A stretch of 64,000 nt of DNA from Bacillota bacterium (lineage in GTDB: Bacteria > Bacillota > Clostridia > Saccharofermentanales > DTU023), in assembly GCA_023426575.1 (NCBI GenBank), contig JAFAAL010000012.1:2147-66146 (forward strand), given 5' to 3'. Below, piece after piece: positions 49,599-59,094 of the stretch. The notes under the pieces were generated by a model that was given only the letters and a program-made list of their open reading frames with translations, was not told the origin of the DNA and ran no database searches. The position numbers and the translations under genes were made by a program. Positions within the stretch are counted from its first letter, which is position 1. Every line of letters begins with the position of its first letter.

Positions 49599-50530
49599 TG
49601 CTTAAAAGACCGAGACTTCTCGTTATTGCCGGTCCCACGGCTTCTGGCAAGTCCGCCCTGGCGATCGCGCTCGCCCACGCCTTGGATGGGGAGATCATCT
49701 CTGCAGATTCAATGCAGATTTATCGCGATCTGGACATCGGCACGGCCAAGGTGAGCGAAGATGAGCAAGAGGGGATCAGACATCACATGATCGACCTGAT
49801 CAGCCCTATCCAAGACTTCAGCGTTGCAGAGTGGCTAGAGGGGGCCAGAGCTGCGATCCAGAACATCCGGAGCCGGGAGAAGGTTCCTATTGTCTGTGGG
49901 GGAACGGGCCTCTATATCGATTCTCTCATTGAAGGGATCGTCTTTGCGCCTCAGTCGGCAAGCCGCGCAGAAATCTTAAAACAGCGTGCAGAGCTCAGGG
50001 CCGAGCTGAGGGCTGAGGGGCTCGAGTGCGCCCACGCCCGTCTCAAAGAGCTTGATCCTCTTGCTGCTGAGCGAATTAGCCCACAGGATGAAAAGCGGAT
50101 CGTTCGCTTCTTTGAGCGCTTGAACTATGAGGGCCGAAGCCTCAGCGACGCCAATGCGCAAAGTCGCAATCCAGAGCTCGAAGAGGACGCCCAAGCCTAT
50201 GTACTCGAGCTCGATCGCCATGAGCTCTACGAGCGCATCAACCTCCGAGCTCGAGAGATTTTCCAGGCAGGTCTCGTCGACGAGTTACAGAATCTCTTGT
50301 TGACATACCCCAAGTTTGAACAGTCTCAGGCCTATCAAGCCATCGCCTACAAAGAGGCAGCAGCGCTCCTCGCTGGGGTAGAGGAGGAGAGCGTGGCTAT
50401 TGAGCGCCTGGCTCAGACTACGAGACGCTATGCCAAGAGGCAGATCAGTTGGTTCAAACGCAAGCCATACTACAGACAAATTCCACTTGAGGGCGCTTAT
50501 TTGGAGATCTTAAATAATTACCAAGCCTAA
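49598..50530 (+). CDS. miaA: tRNA dimethylallyltransferase
   Basis: P-loop IAGPTASGKS, ISADSMQIYRDLDIGTAK. TGATG overlap with mutL. Confidence 0.93.
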   Translation: MLKRPRLLVIAGPTASGKSALAIALAHALDGEIISADSMQIYRDLDIGTAKVSEDEQEGIRHHMIDLISPIQDFSVAEWLEGARAAIQNIRSREKVPIVCGGTGLYIDSLIEGIVFAPQSASRAEILKQRAELRAELRAEGLECAHARLKELDPLAAERISPQDEKRIVRFFERLNYEGRSLSDANAQSRNPELEEDAQAYVLELDRHELYERINLRAREIFQAGLVDELQNLLLTYPKFEQSQAYQAIAYKEAAALLAGVEEESVAIERLAQTTRRYAKRQISWFKRKPYYRQIPLEGAYLEILNNYQA

Positions 50531-50646
50531 ATATTCGTCAATATTCATGGAAAAAGCCTCGTTTATACAACGCAATGCACATTTTCTGTCTTACAATAGA
50601 ACTACCTTAATAAATATAAGGAATATGTAAACTTTTGGAGGACAAG

Positions 50647-50964
50647 ATGCAACAAGATTACAAGCGGAGCGGACTCAAGGCAAGCGAGGGACGATTGGAA
50701 GAGGTCTATCTCAACTATTGTCGCAAGCAAAAGGTGCCCCTAGATCTCAAGACAGCCCAGGGCGAGACCTATCTCAGCGGCTTCATCGTCGGCTTCGACA
50801 ATGACAGCTTAATTGTCGAGGTCAACGGCTCACAAGAACTCGTCTATAAAGCTGGTATAGCCAGTATCTGTCCGAGGTCTGAAATGGACTTTATTTTCAA
50901 CGATGCCTGGCGAGAAAATAAGAGCCGAGAAATGGCTGCTCGCGGGAATTACTGTTATAATTAG
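50647..50964 (+). CDS. hfq: Hfq-like Sm-fold RNA chaperone, strongly diverged
   Basis: miaA-hfq synteny. Alignable to Hfq: LEEVYLNYCRKQKVP...GFIVGFDNDSLIVEV...ELVYKAGIASICP. GGAGG 5 nt before ATG 50647. Confidence 0.65.
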   Translation: MQQDYKRSGLKASEGRLEEVYLNYCRKQKVPLDLKTAQGETYLSGFIVGFDNDSLIVEVNGSQELVYKAGIASICPRSEMDFIFNDAWRENKSREMAARGNYCYN

Positions 50965-50984
50965 CCCGAACGGAGGACATACGC

Positions 50985-51485
50985 TTGCCTGAACGTGAAC
51001 TTATCTCACAAAAAAATAATGACTATGCCAAGCCTCTCAAGCTCGGAGATCAGCCACTCGGAGGATCGGAGCCTAAAGAGCCTTCGAAGCTCTGGCAGAA
51101 GAATCTGGATCTGACCAAGGTTCATCGTTCGCCTGCACAGGCCAGTGATTTCCACCAGGACCTCGAGCGGACGAGGCGTCTGTCGGCCGTGGGTCGTGCG
51201 GCCGCTGAATCTCAGGCTCAAGCGCGCGCCAAGGAGAGCACGCCCTGGGATGAGGACCATAAGAATGGCGCCAGAGTCTATAAGATGATAGGATATACGA
51301 CCTCCGCAAGAGTCGACCGAAAATTCGTCTTAGAAGCCAGGCAGCGTAAACTGCGTAAGATTCTCGTCTATGTCTTAGCTCTGACGATTGTCGGCATGAT
51401 TCTCGCCATCAACAAGCCAATTAAGAACATCGGGGAGTTCAAGAGAATTCTCGGGATCGATTCGCTCTTTGGCACAAATGAATAA
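50985..51485 (+). CDS. Hypothetical single-pass membrane protein
   Basis: TTG start with GGAGG 8 nt upstream. Charged, low-complexity N-terminal region, one TM helix (ILVYVLALTIVGMILAI). No family recognised. Confidence 0.45.
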   Translation: MPERELISQKNNDYAKPLKLGDQPLGGSEPKEPSKLWQKNLDLTKVHRSPAQASDFHQDLERTRRLSAVGRAAAESQAQARAKESTPWDEDHKNGARVYKMIGYTTSARVDRKFVLEARQRKLRKILVYVLALTIVGMILAINKPIKNIGEFKRILGIDSLFGTNE

Positions 51486-51493
51486 GCTTGAAG

Positions 51494-51535
51494 AGGGCGC
51501 AGACGATAGAACTTGTCTGCGCCCTTCATTTATTG
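51494..51535 (+). terminator. Rho-independent terminator ending the miaB...hfq array
   Basis: 11-bp stem AGGGCGCAGAC / GTCTGCGCCCT, 10-nt loop, T-rich tail. Confidence 0.65.
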
Positions 51536-51606
51536 TTCTAAGTTGACAAAACTATTATTTTGCGAAGTTGGTGATGGATTCCCATTGTCAGATCAGATCA
51601 TTGATC

Positions 51607-52053
51607 TCACTGTGACATCCTCTTCTCTTTGACTTGAGCCAAAAGTCTTGCCACGGATGAGACCAATAAAATAGCCAGAGCGAGAATTCCTGCTGAACCA
51701 AATGTCTTACGAGACACTTCGCTGAAGCCAAGATAATCACCACTGACCAATGTGCTCATCGTCAGATAGATGCCTTCTCCTGGGACGAGCGGCAACATGC
51801 CGACTAAGATATAAACGGAGGCTGGCATCTTACGTAGGCGCGCCATGACCTCGGCATAGACGCTGACAAATACCGCCGCGACAAAAAATGCGAGCGCGTA
51901 TCCTGTCAGAGGATCGAGCAGCCTATAGATTACCCAGCCGAAACCTCCACCCATCGCCCCATAAATGAGGGTCTTCCCTCTCAGGTCAAAGACCAGTCCA
52001 AATGCTGAAGAGGCAAGGCAGGCCGAGATAAAGTAAAAGAGGATGGAGATCAT
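51607..52053 (-). CDS. Threonine/serine exporter family protein, small subunit (ThrE_2 / YjjB-like)
   Basis: 148 aa with 4-5 TM helices. ATGA overlap with the upstream ThrE-domain gene. Confidence 0.7.
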   Translation of the reverse strand: MISILFYFISACLASSAFGLVFDLRGKTLIYGAMGGGFGWVIYRLLDPLTGYALAFFVAAVFVSVYAEVMARLRKMPASVYILVGMLPLVPGEGIYLTMSTLVSGDYLGFSEVSRKTFGSAGILALAILLVSSVARLLAQVKEKRMSQ

Positions 52054-52844
52054 CGCAGAACCAGCCTTTCTACGCCGAGCGCCAGACCAGAGCCAATAGC
52101 AATACTGAGAGCGGCCAGGAGCGTTTCAAGCAATTTGGACAGACCCGCGATCGTATCGTTGGAGATCAGATCACGAATGGAGTTCATGAGTGAGATCCCT
52201 GGAAAGAGATACATGAAGCTCCCTGCCGTGATGACCGTTCTGAGATGCCCCAGGCCGAAGTAGCCTGTAAATGCCGTCAAGATGGTGACGATGAATCCAC
52301 CGATGATATTGACGAAGAGGCGGTTGACCTGGAGCTTTTGCAGAGGAAAAATACAAAGCTTTAAGATGACGTCAATAACGAAGGCATAGAGGGCGCCCCA
52401 GAGGCCCGCACCTATCATCAAGGCGAAGCCGAAGCCGACATAGCCCGTAATGAGAACCTGTGTATAGAGTTTTTCACTCGCGCGCGAGCTCATAATCTCT
52501 CTGACCTCGGAGAGCGCCTGTCCAGGTTCTGGTGTCGTCTTGCAAATCCTCCGCGTCAAATCATTCAACTTGATGATGTGGTCGAGATTGTCTGAGCGGC
52601 TTGGGACGCGTCTCTGGGCAAAAAATTCCTCCCCCTCAGGACTTTCAAAGGAGATGGAAAGATAATTTGCAATCGCAAAGATATCTATGTTTTCTGCCCC
52701 ATAAGCGCGCAAGACGCGCTCCGCCGTCTCTTCAATGCGGTAGGTCTCGGCACCAGCCGAGAGCATGCCATGCGAGAGTCCTAGAGCCAGACGGCGAATC
52801 GCCTCCCACTTCTCCCTCGTCAATTGTCCTCTCTCCTCTGCCAC
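52050..52844 (-). CDS. Threonine/serine exporter family protein (ThrE / YjjP-like)
   Basis: Soluble N-domain with AGAETYRIEETAERV followed by 5 TM helices. Usual pairing with a YjjB-like gene. Confidence 0.72.
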   Translation of the reverse strand: MAEERGQLTREKWEAIRRLALGLSHGMLSAGAETYRIEETAERVLRAYGAENIDIFAIANYLSISFESPEGEEFFAQRRVPSRSDNLDHIIKLNDLTRRICKTTPEPGQALSEVREIMSSRASEKLYTQVLITGYVGFGFALMIGAGLWGALYAFVIDVILKLCIFPLQKLQVNRLFVNIIGGFIVTILTAFTGYFGLGHLRTVITAGSFMYLFPGISLMNSIRDLISNDTIAGLSKLLETLLAALSIAIGSGLALGVERLVLR

Positions 52845-52849
52845 GATCT

Positions 52850-53923
52850 TTAATCAAGGTACCCTTCTTGATAGAGATATTCTGCACTGAGTACCGAGCC
52901 TCCAGCCGCCCCGCGCAGCGTGTTGTGACTCAGACAGACAAACTTATAGTCGAAGACGGGATCCTCTCTCAAGCGGCCGACGGTCACTGCCATCCCCCCA
53001 CCACTGTCGACGTCCAGCTTTGGCTGAGGCCGATCTTCACTCTCGACATAATAGATGAATTGCTCAGGGGCACTCGGGAGGCCTGCCGTCGGCAAGTCCT
53101 GATTAAAGGCCTCCCACCGCGCCAAGATCTCATCCCGACTCACCTTCTGCTCGAGAGCAAAGGAGACGGTCGCCGTATGTCCTTCATTGACAGAAACACG
53201 GCAGCATTGAGCGGAAATCTTCGGCTCTTGGGCCAGGGTGATCTGCTTGTCCACCTGCCCCCAAATCTTGAGAGGCTCCCTCTCACTCTTGGCCTCTTCC
53301 CCAGAGATAAAGGGAATCATATTCTCCTGCATCTCTGGCCAATCGGAGAGGCGGCGGCCTGCTCCCGAAACGGCCTGATAGGTCGAGACAATGACAGATT
53401 TGAGACCCAGGGGGCGAAGAGGCGTCAGGGCAGGCACATAAGATTGGATCGAGCAGTTCGGCTTGGCGATGATGAAGCCGCGCCGGGTGCCAAGCCTCTT
53501 CTTCTGCTCTTCAAGAACAGCGAGGTGAGCACTGTTGATCTCTGGAATGAGGAGGGGCACATCTGGAGTCTCGCGGTGGGCGGAGTTATTGGAGAGCACA
53601 ATCAACTCACGCTTTGCCAGGTCCTCCTCGAGCTTTTTCGTCTCCTCCTTGTCGAGACTGAGGGCCGAGAAGACGAGCTGGCAGCCGTCCAAGGCCTCAT
53701 CGACTTCTGACAGCGAGTAGATGATATGCTTGTCGAATTCTTTGGGCATGGACGTCTCGGCCAATTGCCAGCGCTTGGCCATGACTTCTCCATAGGCTTG
53801 ACCCGCCGAGCGTGGTGAGGCAATCAGACTCTTGACCTCAAAATAAGGATGCCCCGCCAAGAGGCTGAGAAGTCGCTGACCGACATAGCCAGTCGCCCCT
53901 AAAACAGCAATTGAAACTTTCAT
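52850..53923 (-). CDS. asd: Aspartate-semialdehyde dehydrogenase (archaeal/fungal-type branch)
   Basis: VLGATGYVGQ NAD motif, catalytic Cys in AKPNCSIQS, SHNTLRGAAGG near the C-terminus. Confidence 0.85.
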   Translation of the reverse strand: MKVSIAVLGATGYVGQRLLSLLAGHPYFEVKSLIASPRSAGQAYGEVMAKRWQLAETSMPKEFDKHIIYSLSEVDEALDGCQLVFSALSLDKEETKKLEEDLAKRELIVLSNNSAHRETPDVPLLIPEINSAHLAVLEEQKKRLGTRRGFIIAKPNCSIQSYVPALTPLRPLGLKSVIVSTYQAVSGAGRRLSDWPEMQENMIPFISGEEAKSEREPLKIWGQVDKQITLAQEPKISAQCCRVSVNEGHTATVSFALEQKVSRDEILARWEAFNQDLPTAGLPSAPEQFIYYVESEDRPQPKLDVDSGGGMAVTVGRLREDPVFDYKFVCLSHNTLRGAAGGSVLSAEYLYQEGYLD

Positions 53924-54949
53924 TTATTCCTCCTTGGGGGTGGCCTGCACTCCCCGATCTGGCTTATCAGCCCGCCTCTTTTGTAATTGGTTCAGCGGAT
54001 TATTCTCCACGGCACGCGCCAATTGCTCATCATTGACGTGCGTATATATTTCCGTGGTTGCCACCGACTCATGTCCTAGAATTTGTTGTAGCGACCTCAA
54101 GTCACAGGCGCCATAGCGATACATCAAGGTTGCGGCCGTATGACGCAGCTTGTGTGTCGAATAGCGCTCAGGATCGAGTCCGGCCGCTCTGAGGTATTTC
54201 TTGACCACATTTTGGACCGCTCGAGGCCCGAGTCCTGTTTTGTTTCGAGAGATGAACAATCTGTCCTCATGACCAGCCTTGGGCTCGGGCCTAACGGCCA
54301 GATAGGCCTCGAGAGCACGCCTAGCACTCTCATTGAGATAGATGCTCCGCTCCTTATTGCCCTTACCAATCACTGTGATGACATCGGGTCTTAGATTGGA
54401 CAGCTTAAGAGAGCAGAGCTCAGACAGACGCATCCCACAGTTGAGAAAGAGCGTTAGGATGCAGTAGTCGCGCATCTGATTGGGATCATCCGAGGCCTCT
54501 TCGACAGCGGCGAGTAGATCCATACTCTCATCGAGCTCCAGGTAGCGCGGCAGCCTCTTCTCCTGCTTTGGAGATTCGAGTTCCGCCGCAGGATTCTTGT
54601 CAATAACCCGCGCCTTCGTGTGAAGGTAGTCAAAAAATGAGCGAATGGCCGCCGTTCGTCTGGCCCGTGCTGCGGGGCCATTATCTCTCTCATGGGCGAG
54701 ATATGAGACAAAACGATAGATCTCTGAGAGGCTGACCTGACTGAGGAAGTCAGCATCGACATCTTCTATTGAGACCTCTGAGAGCTCAAGTTCTCGGGAC
54801 ACCTGCCCTCTCAAGCGCTTTAGAAAGCGCAAAAAGAGGCTGAGATCATAGCGATACTCGCTGATCGTCAGAGGACTGCGCGCCTTGATGCCGGCGAAGT
54901 AGTCCAAAAACTCATCGAGGAGATAGCAGGAGTCTACAGTCTGGGGCAT
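53924..54949 (-). CDS. Tyrosine recombinase, XerC/XerD family
   Basis: Catalytic R (GMRLSEL), K (GKGNKER), HxxR (HKLRHTAAT), H and Y (LGHESVATTEIYTH). No flanking phage or mobile genes. Confidence 0.8.
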   Translation of the reverse strand: MPQTVDSCYLLDEFLDYFAGIKARSPLTISEYRYDLSLFLRFLKRLRGQVSRELELSEVSIEDVDADFLSQVSLSEIYRFVSYLAHERDNGPAARARRTAAIRSFFDYLHTKARVIDKNPAAELESPKQEKRLPRYLELDESMDLLAAVEEASDDPNQMRDYCILTLFLNCGMRLSELCSLKLSNLRPDVITVIGKGNKERSIYLNESARRALEAYLAVRPEPKAGHEDRLFISRNKTGLGPRAVQNVVKKYLRAAGLDPERYSTHKLRHTAATLMYRYGACDLRSLQQILGHESVATTEIYTHVNDEQLARAVENNPLNQLQKRRADKPDRGVQATPKEE

Positions 54950-56358
54950 CAGGCAATCAGGAAGGCAAGATACGCACGGTATGTCTCAAAGATGTCGACC
55001 TTGGAACAGAGTTCGAAGCAGGAGTGCATTGAGAGCGTGGGAACGCCACAGTCAAGCACTTGCATCCCCTGATTGGCAAAGTACTTGGCAATTGTTCCAC
55101 CACCACCTTGATCGACCTTGCCGAGTTCACCAATCTGCCAGGCGACCTCGGCATCATCGAAGATGCGTGTCACTTTATTCAAGAACTCCGCAGAGCAATC
55201 GCTCGTTCCGCCCTTGCCACCAGAACCAGTGTATTTGGCAAGAGCAATCCCACGTCCGCAATAGGCGGTGTTGAGAGGCTCTGTCACGCTTGGGAAAACA
55301 GGATCATAAGCCACAGTGACATCTGATGAGAGGAGTTCTGTATGAATCAGCATCTCTTGAGCCTCAATGAGTTCAGGATTCCGCCCTAAGAAGCGGTGCA
55401 AAAACTCGTGCATAATAAAGCGATAGCGCTCACTTTGAGCTCCTGTCACTCCGTCAGATCCCACTTCTTCCTTATCGAAGAGAAAGACGCCCATGCTCTT
55501 CTTCCCTGGCTTGGCTGCCAAGAGCGCTTGAATCGCGGTATAGGCACAGACGCGGTCATCTTGCCCATAACCTCCGATAAAACTCTGATCAAAGCCAACA
55601 GAGCGAGCTGGTGACGCAGGGACAAGCTCAATTTCAGCACTGAGGAGGTCGCGCTCTACGAGTCCATAGCGCTCGTTGAGAAGTTTTAAGACATGTAGTT
55701 TTGTCGGATCATGGATCTCCTCCTCGCTCTCGTAGGGTATGGAGCCGACGACGATATTGAGTTCCTCTCCGAGGATGACCTCGCTGGCCTTCTTTTGCAT
55801 TTGATCGCGCCCGAGGTGGGGCAGTAAGTCCGTGATGGTGAAGACCGGATCTTCCTCCTTGAGCCCTATTTCAATCTCGACCTTCCTGCCATCCTTGAGG
55901 TAGACGACCCCGACGATGGCGAGGGGGATTGCAGCCCACTGATACTTCTTGATGCCGCCGTAATAGTGCGTCTTAAAATAGGCAATTTCTTTCTCTTCAT
56001 AGAGAGGATTCGGTTTGAGATCAAGACGGGGTGAGTCGACATGGGCTCCAATCAGGCGGAGGCCGTTGACAGGCGACTCAGAACCAACGACGGCAGCAAA
56101 GAGGCCCTTGCCGTCCACTGTCTCGTAGACCTTCTCCCCCTTCTTGAGCTTTTTGACATCGCGCAGTCTGACGAAGCCATGCGCCTCCAGTTCGGCGACT
56201 GTCATATCAATATAAAGACGCTCTGTCTTCCCGCGGTTGAGAGCCTGTCGATAGGCCTCACAAAAGCTCATGACCTCCTCTTCTCGCCGTTTCTTCCAGA
56301 TGTTTTCCTGCTTATGGCAGAGCTTCTCTTGCACTTTTTGGATGTCAGATTTTTTCAT
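54949..56358 (-). CDS. M18-family aminopeptidase (ApeA-like)
   Basis: GAHVDSPRLDLKPNPLYE, FKTHYYGGIKKYQW, about 470 aa. Start ATG 56358, or GTG 56373 overlapping the rarA stop. Confidence 0.82.
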   Translation of the reverse strand: MKKSDIQKVQEKLCHKQENIWKKRREEEVMSFCEAYRQALNRGKTERLYIDMTVAELEAHGFVRLRDVKKLKKGEKVYETVDGKGLFAAVVGSESPVNGLRLIGAHVDSPRLDLKPNPLYEEKEIAYFKTHYYGGIKKYQWAAIPLAIVGVVYLKDGRKVEIEIGLKEEDPVFTITDLLPHLGRDQMQKKASEVILGEELNIVVGSIPYESEEEIHDPTKLHVLKLLNERYGLVERDLLSAEIELVPASPARSVGFDQSFIGGYGQDDRVCAYTAIQALLAAKPGKKSMGVFLFDKEEVGSDGVTGAQSERYRFIMHEFLHRFLGRNPELIEAQEMLIHTELLSSDVTVAYDPVFPSVTEPLNTAYCGRGIALAKYTGSGGKGGTSDCSAEFLNKVTRIFDDAEVAWQIGELGKVDQGGGGTIAKYFANQGMQVLDCGVPTLSMHSCFELCSKVDIFETYRAYLAFLIA

Positions 56359-56369
56359 AATAGGACTTC

Positions 56370-57719
56370 TCACCTTTCTGTCTTCTCAGAAGAATGATCT
56401 GAGTTGTTTTCATGGCGGACACTCTCGAGCCAATCTCGAATGCGTGCCTCATATCCCTGATTCTTGGGTTCATAAAAGATATGATCCCTGATTTTATCAG
56501 GTAAATATTGTTGTCTTACGATGCCCCCCGGATAGTCATGGGCATATTTGTAGCCGACGCCATAAGCGAGATCGTTACGCATGCCCTCCACTGGGGCATT
56601 GCAGAGATGTCGCGGAATCTCTCCACAATCTTGCTTGCGCACGAGGGCGAGGGCCTGGTCGATGGCGCGATAGGCCGAGTTGGACTTTGGAGAGGTGGCA
56701 ATCATAATGACCGTCTCCGCTAAGATGATGCGAGCTTCTGGCATGCCAATGACCCGCACGGCGTGATCACAAGCCACCGCCATATTGAGGGCCTGCGGAT
56801 TGGCCATGCCGACATCTTCAGCAGCGAGAATCATCAGGCGTCTCGTGATAAATTCTGGCTGTTCACCCCCTGCGAGGGCTTTTGCCAAATAGAAGATGGC
56901 TGCGTCAGGATCGGAACCGCGGCACGATTTTATCAAGGCGGAGATCGTGTTATAGTGCTCCTCCCCGCCCTGATCGTAGCGGATATTGACGGTCGAAGCG
57001 AGGTTGACAATCGCCTCCCGGTCGAGGACAATCGTCGTTTTGGACTCGGCTTGAGCTTTAAATGTTGGCTGTGAAACGATGGCGAGCTCTAAATTATTGA
57101 GTGCCGCCCTCGCGTCTCCCCCCGCCAACTGTGCAATGAGAGCGATTGCCTCATCGCTGGCTTCGATGGGATATGCGCCATAGCCGCGCTCGACATCAGC
57201 GAGCGCACGGCGGATGAGAGATTCGAGATCCGCAGCCTCCAAGTTCTTGAGTTCGAAGACGGTCGAGCGCGAAATCAGCGCCTTGTTGACTTCAAAGTAC
57301 GGGTTCTCTGTCGTCGCTCCAATCAGGATGAAGAGACCGCGCTCCACCGAAGGCAGAAGCAAGTCCTGCTGTGCCTTGTTGAAGCGGTGAATCTCGTCGA
57401 CAAAGAGGAGACAACGTCCCTCAGGAGTCTGAAAGGGATTCTCGCACTTGGCGATAAGCTCTCGAATCTCCTTGACTCCTGAGGTGACGGCATTAATGGC
57501 GTGAAATGGAATTTTACTCGTCTGGGCGATGACGCGGGCAATGCTCGTCTTGCCAGTGCCAGGGGGGCCGAAGAGGATGACTGAACTCAGGCGATCCGTT
57601 TCAATTAAACGGCGCAAGAGCTTGCCAGGAGCAAGGATCTCGCTCTGGCCAACAATCTCATCGAGACTGCGTGGAGCCATCCGATAGGCCAGTGGACTGT
57701 GAGGACTATAGGCCTGCAT
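56370..57719 (-). CDS. rarA: Replication-associated recombination protein A (RarA/MgsA)
   Basis: Walker [10 protein letters not shown], Walker [16 protein letters not shown]-terminal MgsA domain. Confidence 0.92.
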   Translation of the reverse strand: MQAYSPHSPLAYRMAPRSLDEIVGQSEILAPGKLLRRLIETDRLSSVILFGPPGTGKTSIARVIAQTSKIPFHAINAVTSGVKEIRELIAKCENPFQTPEGRCLLFVDEIHRFNKAQQDLLLPSVERGLFILIGATTENPYFEVNKALISRSTVFELKNLEAADLESLIRRALADVERGYGAYPIEASDEAIALIAQLAGGDARAALNNLELAIVSQPTFKAQAESKTTIVLDREAIVNLASTVNIRYDQGGEEHYNTISALIKSCRGSDPDAAIFYLAKALAGGEQPEFITRRLMILAAEDVGMANPQALNMAVACDHAVRVIGMPEARIILAETVIMIATSPKSNSAYRAIDQALALVRKQDCGEIPRHLCNAPVEGMRNDLAYGVGYKYAHDYPGGIVRQQYLPDKIRDHIFYEPKNQGYEARIRDWLESVRHENNSDHSSEKTER

Positions 57720-57736
57720 CAGCTCTTGAACTCTGC

Positions 57737-58990
57737 TTATTCGCAGTGAGTCTCAGGATAGAGCGGGAAACGCTTGCAGAGCTCGTTGACGTGGCTGATG
57801 ATCTCCTGCTTCTTATTCTCATAGTCCTGGACACCCCAGGCAATCAGCTGGGCAATTTCTGCCATTTCGGGCTCCTTGAAGCCGCGCGTGGTCACTGCAG
57901 GTGTGCCAATTCTGACGCCAGAAGCAATCCAAGGTTTCTCAGGATCGTACGGGATTCCATTCTTATTGGTCGTGATATGGACCTCGTCCAATCTCTCCTG
58001 CAGTTCCTTCCCCGTGACACCCGTTCCCCGGAGGTCTAGGAGCATCAGATGGTTATCAGTCCCCCCACTGACGAGGTTCAGACCGTGGGACATCAAGGCT
58101 TGCGCCAGAGCCTGGGCATTATTGACCACCTGCTCCTGATATTGTTTGAACTCTGGCTTGAGAGCCTCGCCGAAGGCGACGGCCTTGGCGGCAATAATGT
58201 GCATGAGGGGTCCGCCCTGCATCCCTGGGAAGACGGCGGAGTCAATCTTCTTGGCGTGCTCTTCCTTGCACATAATCAGGCCGCCACGGGGGCCGCGCAG
58301 TGTCTTATGCGTCGTCGACGTGACAAAGTCTGCATAGGGCACGGGGGATTCATGCAGACCAGCGACAATGAGGCCAGCGATATGAGCAATATCGACCATG
58401 AGCAGGGCCCCAACTTCCTGGGCAATCTCATGAAAGCGTTTAAAGTCAATCTTGCGCGGATAGGACGATGCGCCGGCGATAATCATCTTAGGACGCAGCT
58501 CGCGCGCCTTCTTGGCCAATTCATCGTAGTCAATCTGGCAGGTCTCACGATCCACTTGATAGTGGTGTGCCTCAAAATACTTGCCAGAGAAGTTGAGGTG
58601 CATTCCGTGAGTCAGATGTCCGCCATGCGTCAGATCCATGCCGAGAATCTTGTCGCCAGGTTCCAAATAGGTCAGGTAGACCGCGGTGTTGGCCTGCGCC
58701 CCAGAGTGCGGCTGAACATTGGCGTGGTCACAGCCGAAGAGCTGCTTTACACGATCAATGGCCAAGTTTTCGACTATGTCAACATACTCGCAACCGCCAT
58801 AATAGCGCTTGCCGGGATAGCCTTCTGCGTATTTATTGGTCATGACGGAGCCAGCGGCTTCCAACACAGCTTCAGAGACAAAATTTTCAGAAGCTATGAG
58901 CTCAATAAAACTCTGCTGACGATGCAATTCCTGCATCATCGCCTCATAGACTGGCTGATCCTTCTTTTCGAGGACGGGATAATAAAACAT
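57737..58990 (-). CDS. glyA: Serine hydroxymethyltransferase
   Basis: IASENF, PLP lysine context [12 protein letters not shown], 417 aa. AGGAGG RBS. Confidence 0.96.
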   Translation of the reverse strand: MFYYPVLEKKDQPVYEAMMQELHRQQSFIELIASENFVSEAVLEAAGSVMTNKYAEGYPGKRYYGGCEYVDIVENLAIDRVKQLFGCDHANVQPHSGAQANTAVYLTYLEPGDKILGMDLTHGGHLTHGMHLNFSGKYFEAHHYQVDRETCQIDYDELAKKARELRPKMIIAGASSYPRKIDFKRFHEIAQEVGALLMVDIAHIAGLIVAGLHESPVPYADFVTSTTHKTLRGPRGGLIMCKEEHAKKIDSAVFPGMQGGPLMHIIAAKAVAFGEALKPEFKQYQEQVVNNAQALAQALMSHGLNLVSGGTDNHLMLLDLRGTGVTGKELQERLDEVHITTNKNGIPYDPEKPWIASGVRIGTPAVTTRGFKEPEMAEIAQLIAWGVQDYENKKQEIISHVNELCKRFPLYPETHCE

Positions 58991-59036
58991 GCAATACCTC
59001 CTGCATTTCTTAAGAAATTAGCCACTAAGAATCATA

Positions 59037-59073
59037 GCAAAAAAGCGGCCAGATTTAAACTTCATGGCCGCTT
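59037..59073 (-). terminator. Rho-independent terminator after thiI
   Basis: Minus strand reads AAGCGGCCA-13 nt loop-TGGCCGCTT followed by TTTT. Confidence 0.65.
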
Positions 59074-59094
59074 CGAGTCTTTAAGTTACAAGCT

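Noticed and set aside
52601-53710. 369-aa ORF on the plus strand
   Set aside because: It is entirely antisense to asd and the thrE-like gene, both with strong family motifs. It has no RBS, and its Arg/Leu/Gly/Pro-rich translation has no recognisable domain. This is a typical shadow ORF.
53924-54949. Tyrosine recombinase as a possible integrase marking a mobile element
   Set aside because: It is embedded in a co-directional housekeeping array (aminopeptidase upstream, asd 0 nt downstream). I saw no neighbouring phage, transposon or cargo genes, no adjacent tRNA and no flanking repeats. A chromosomal Xer-type recombinase is more likely.
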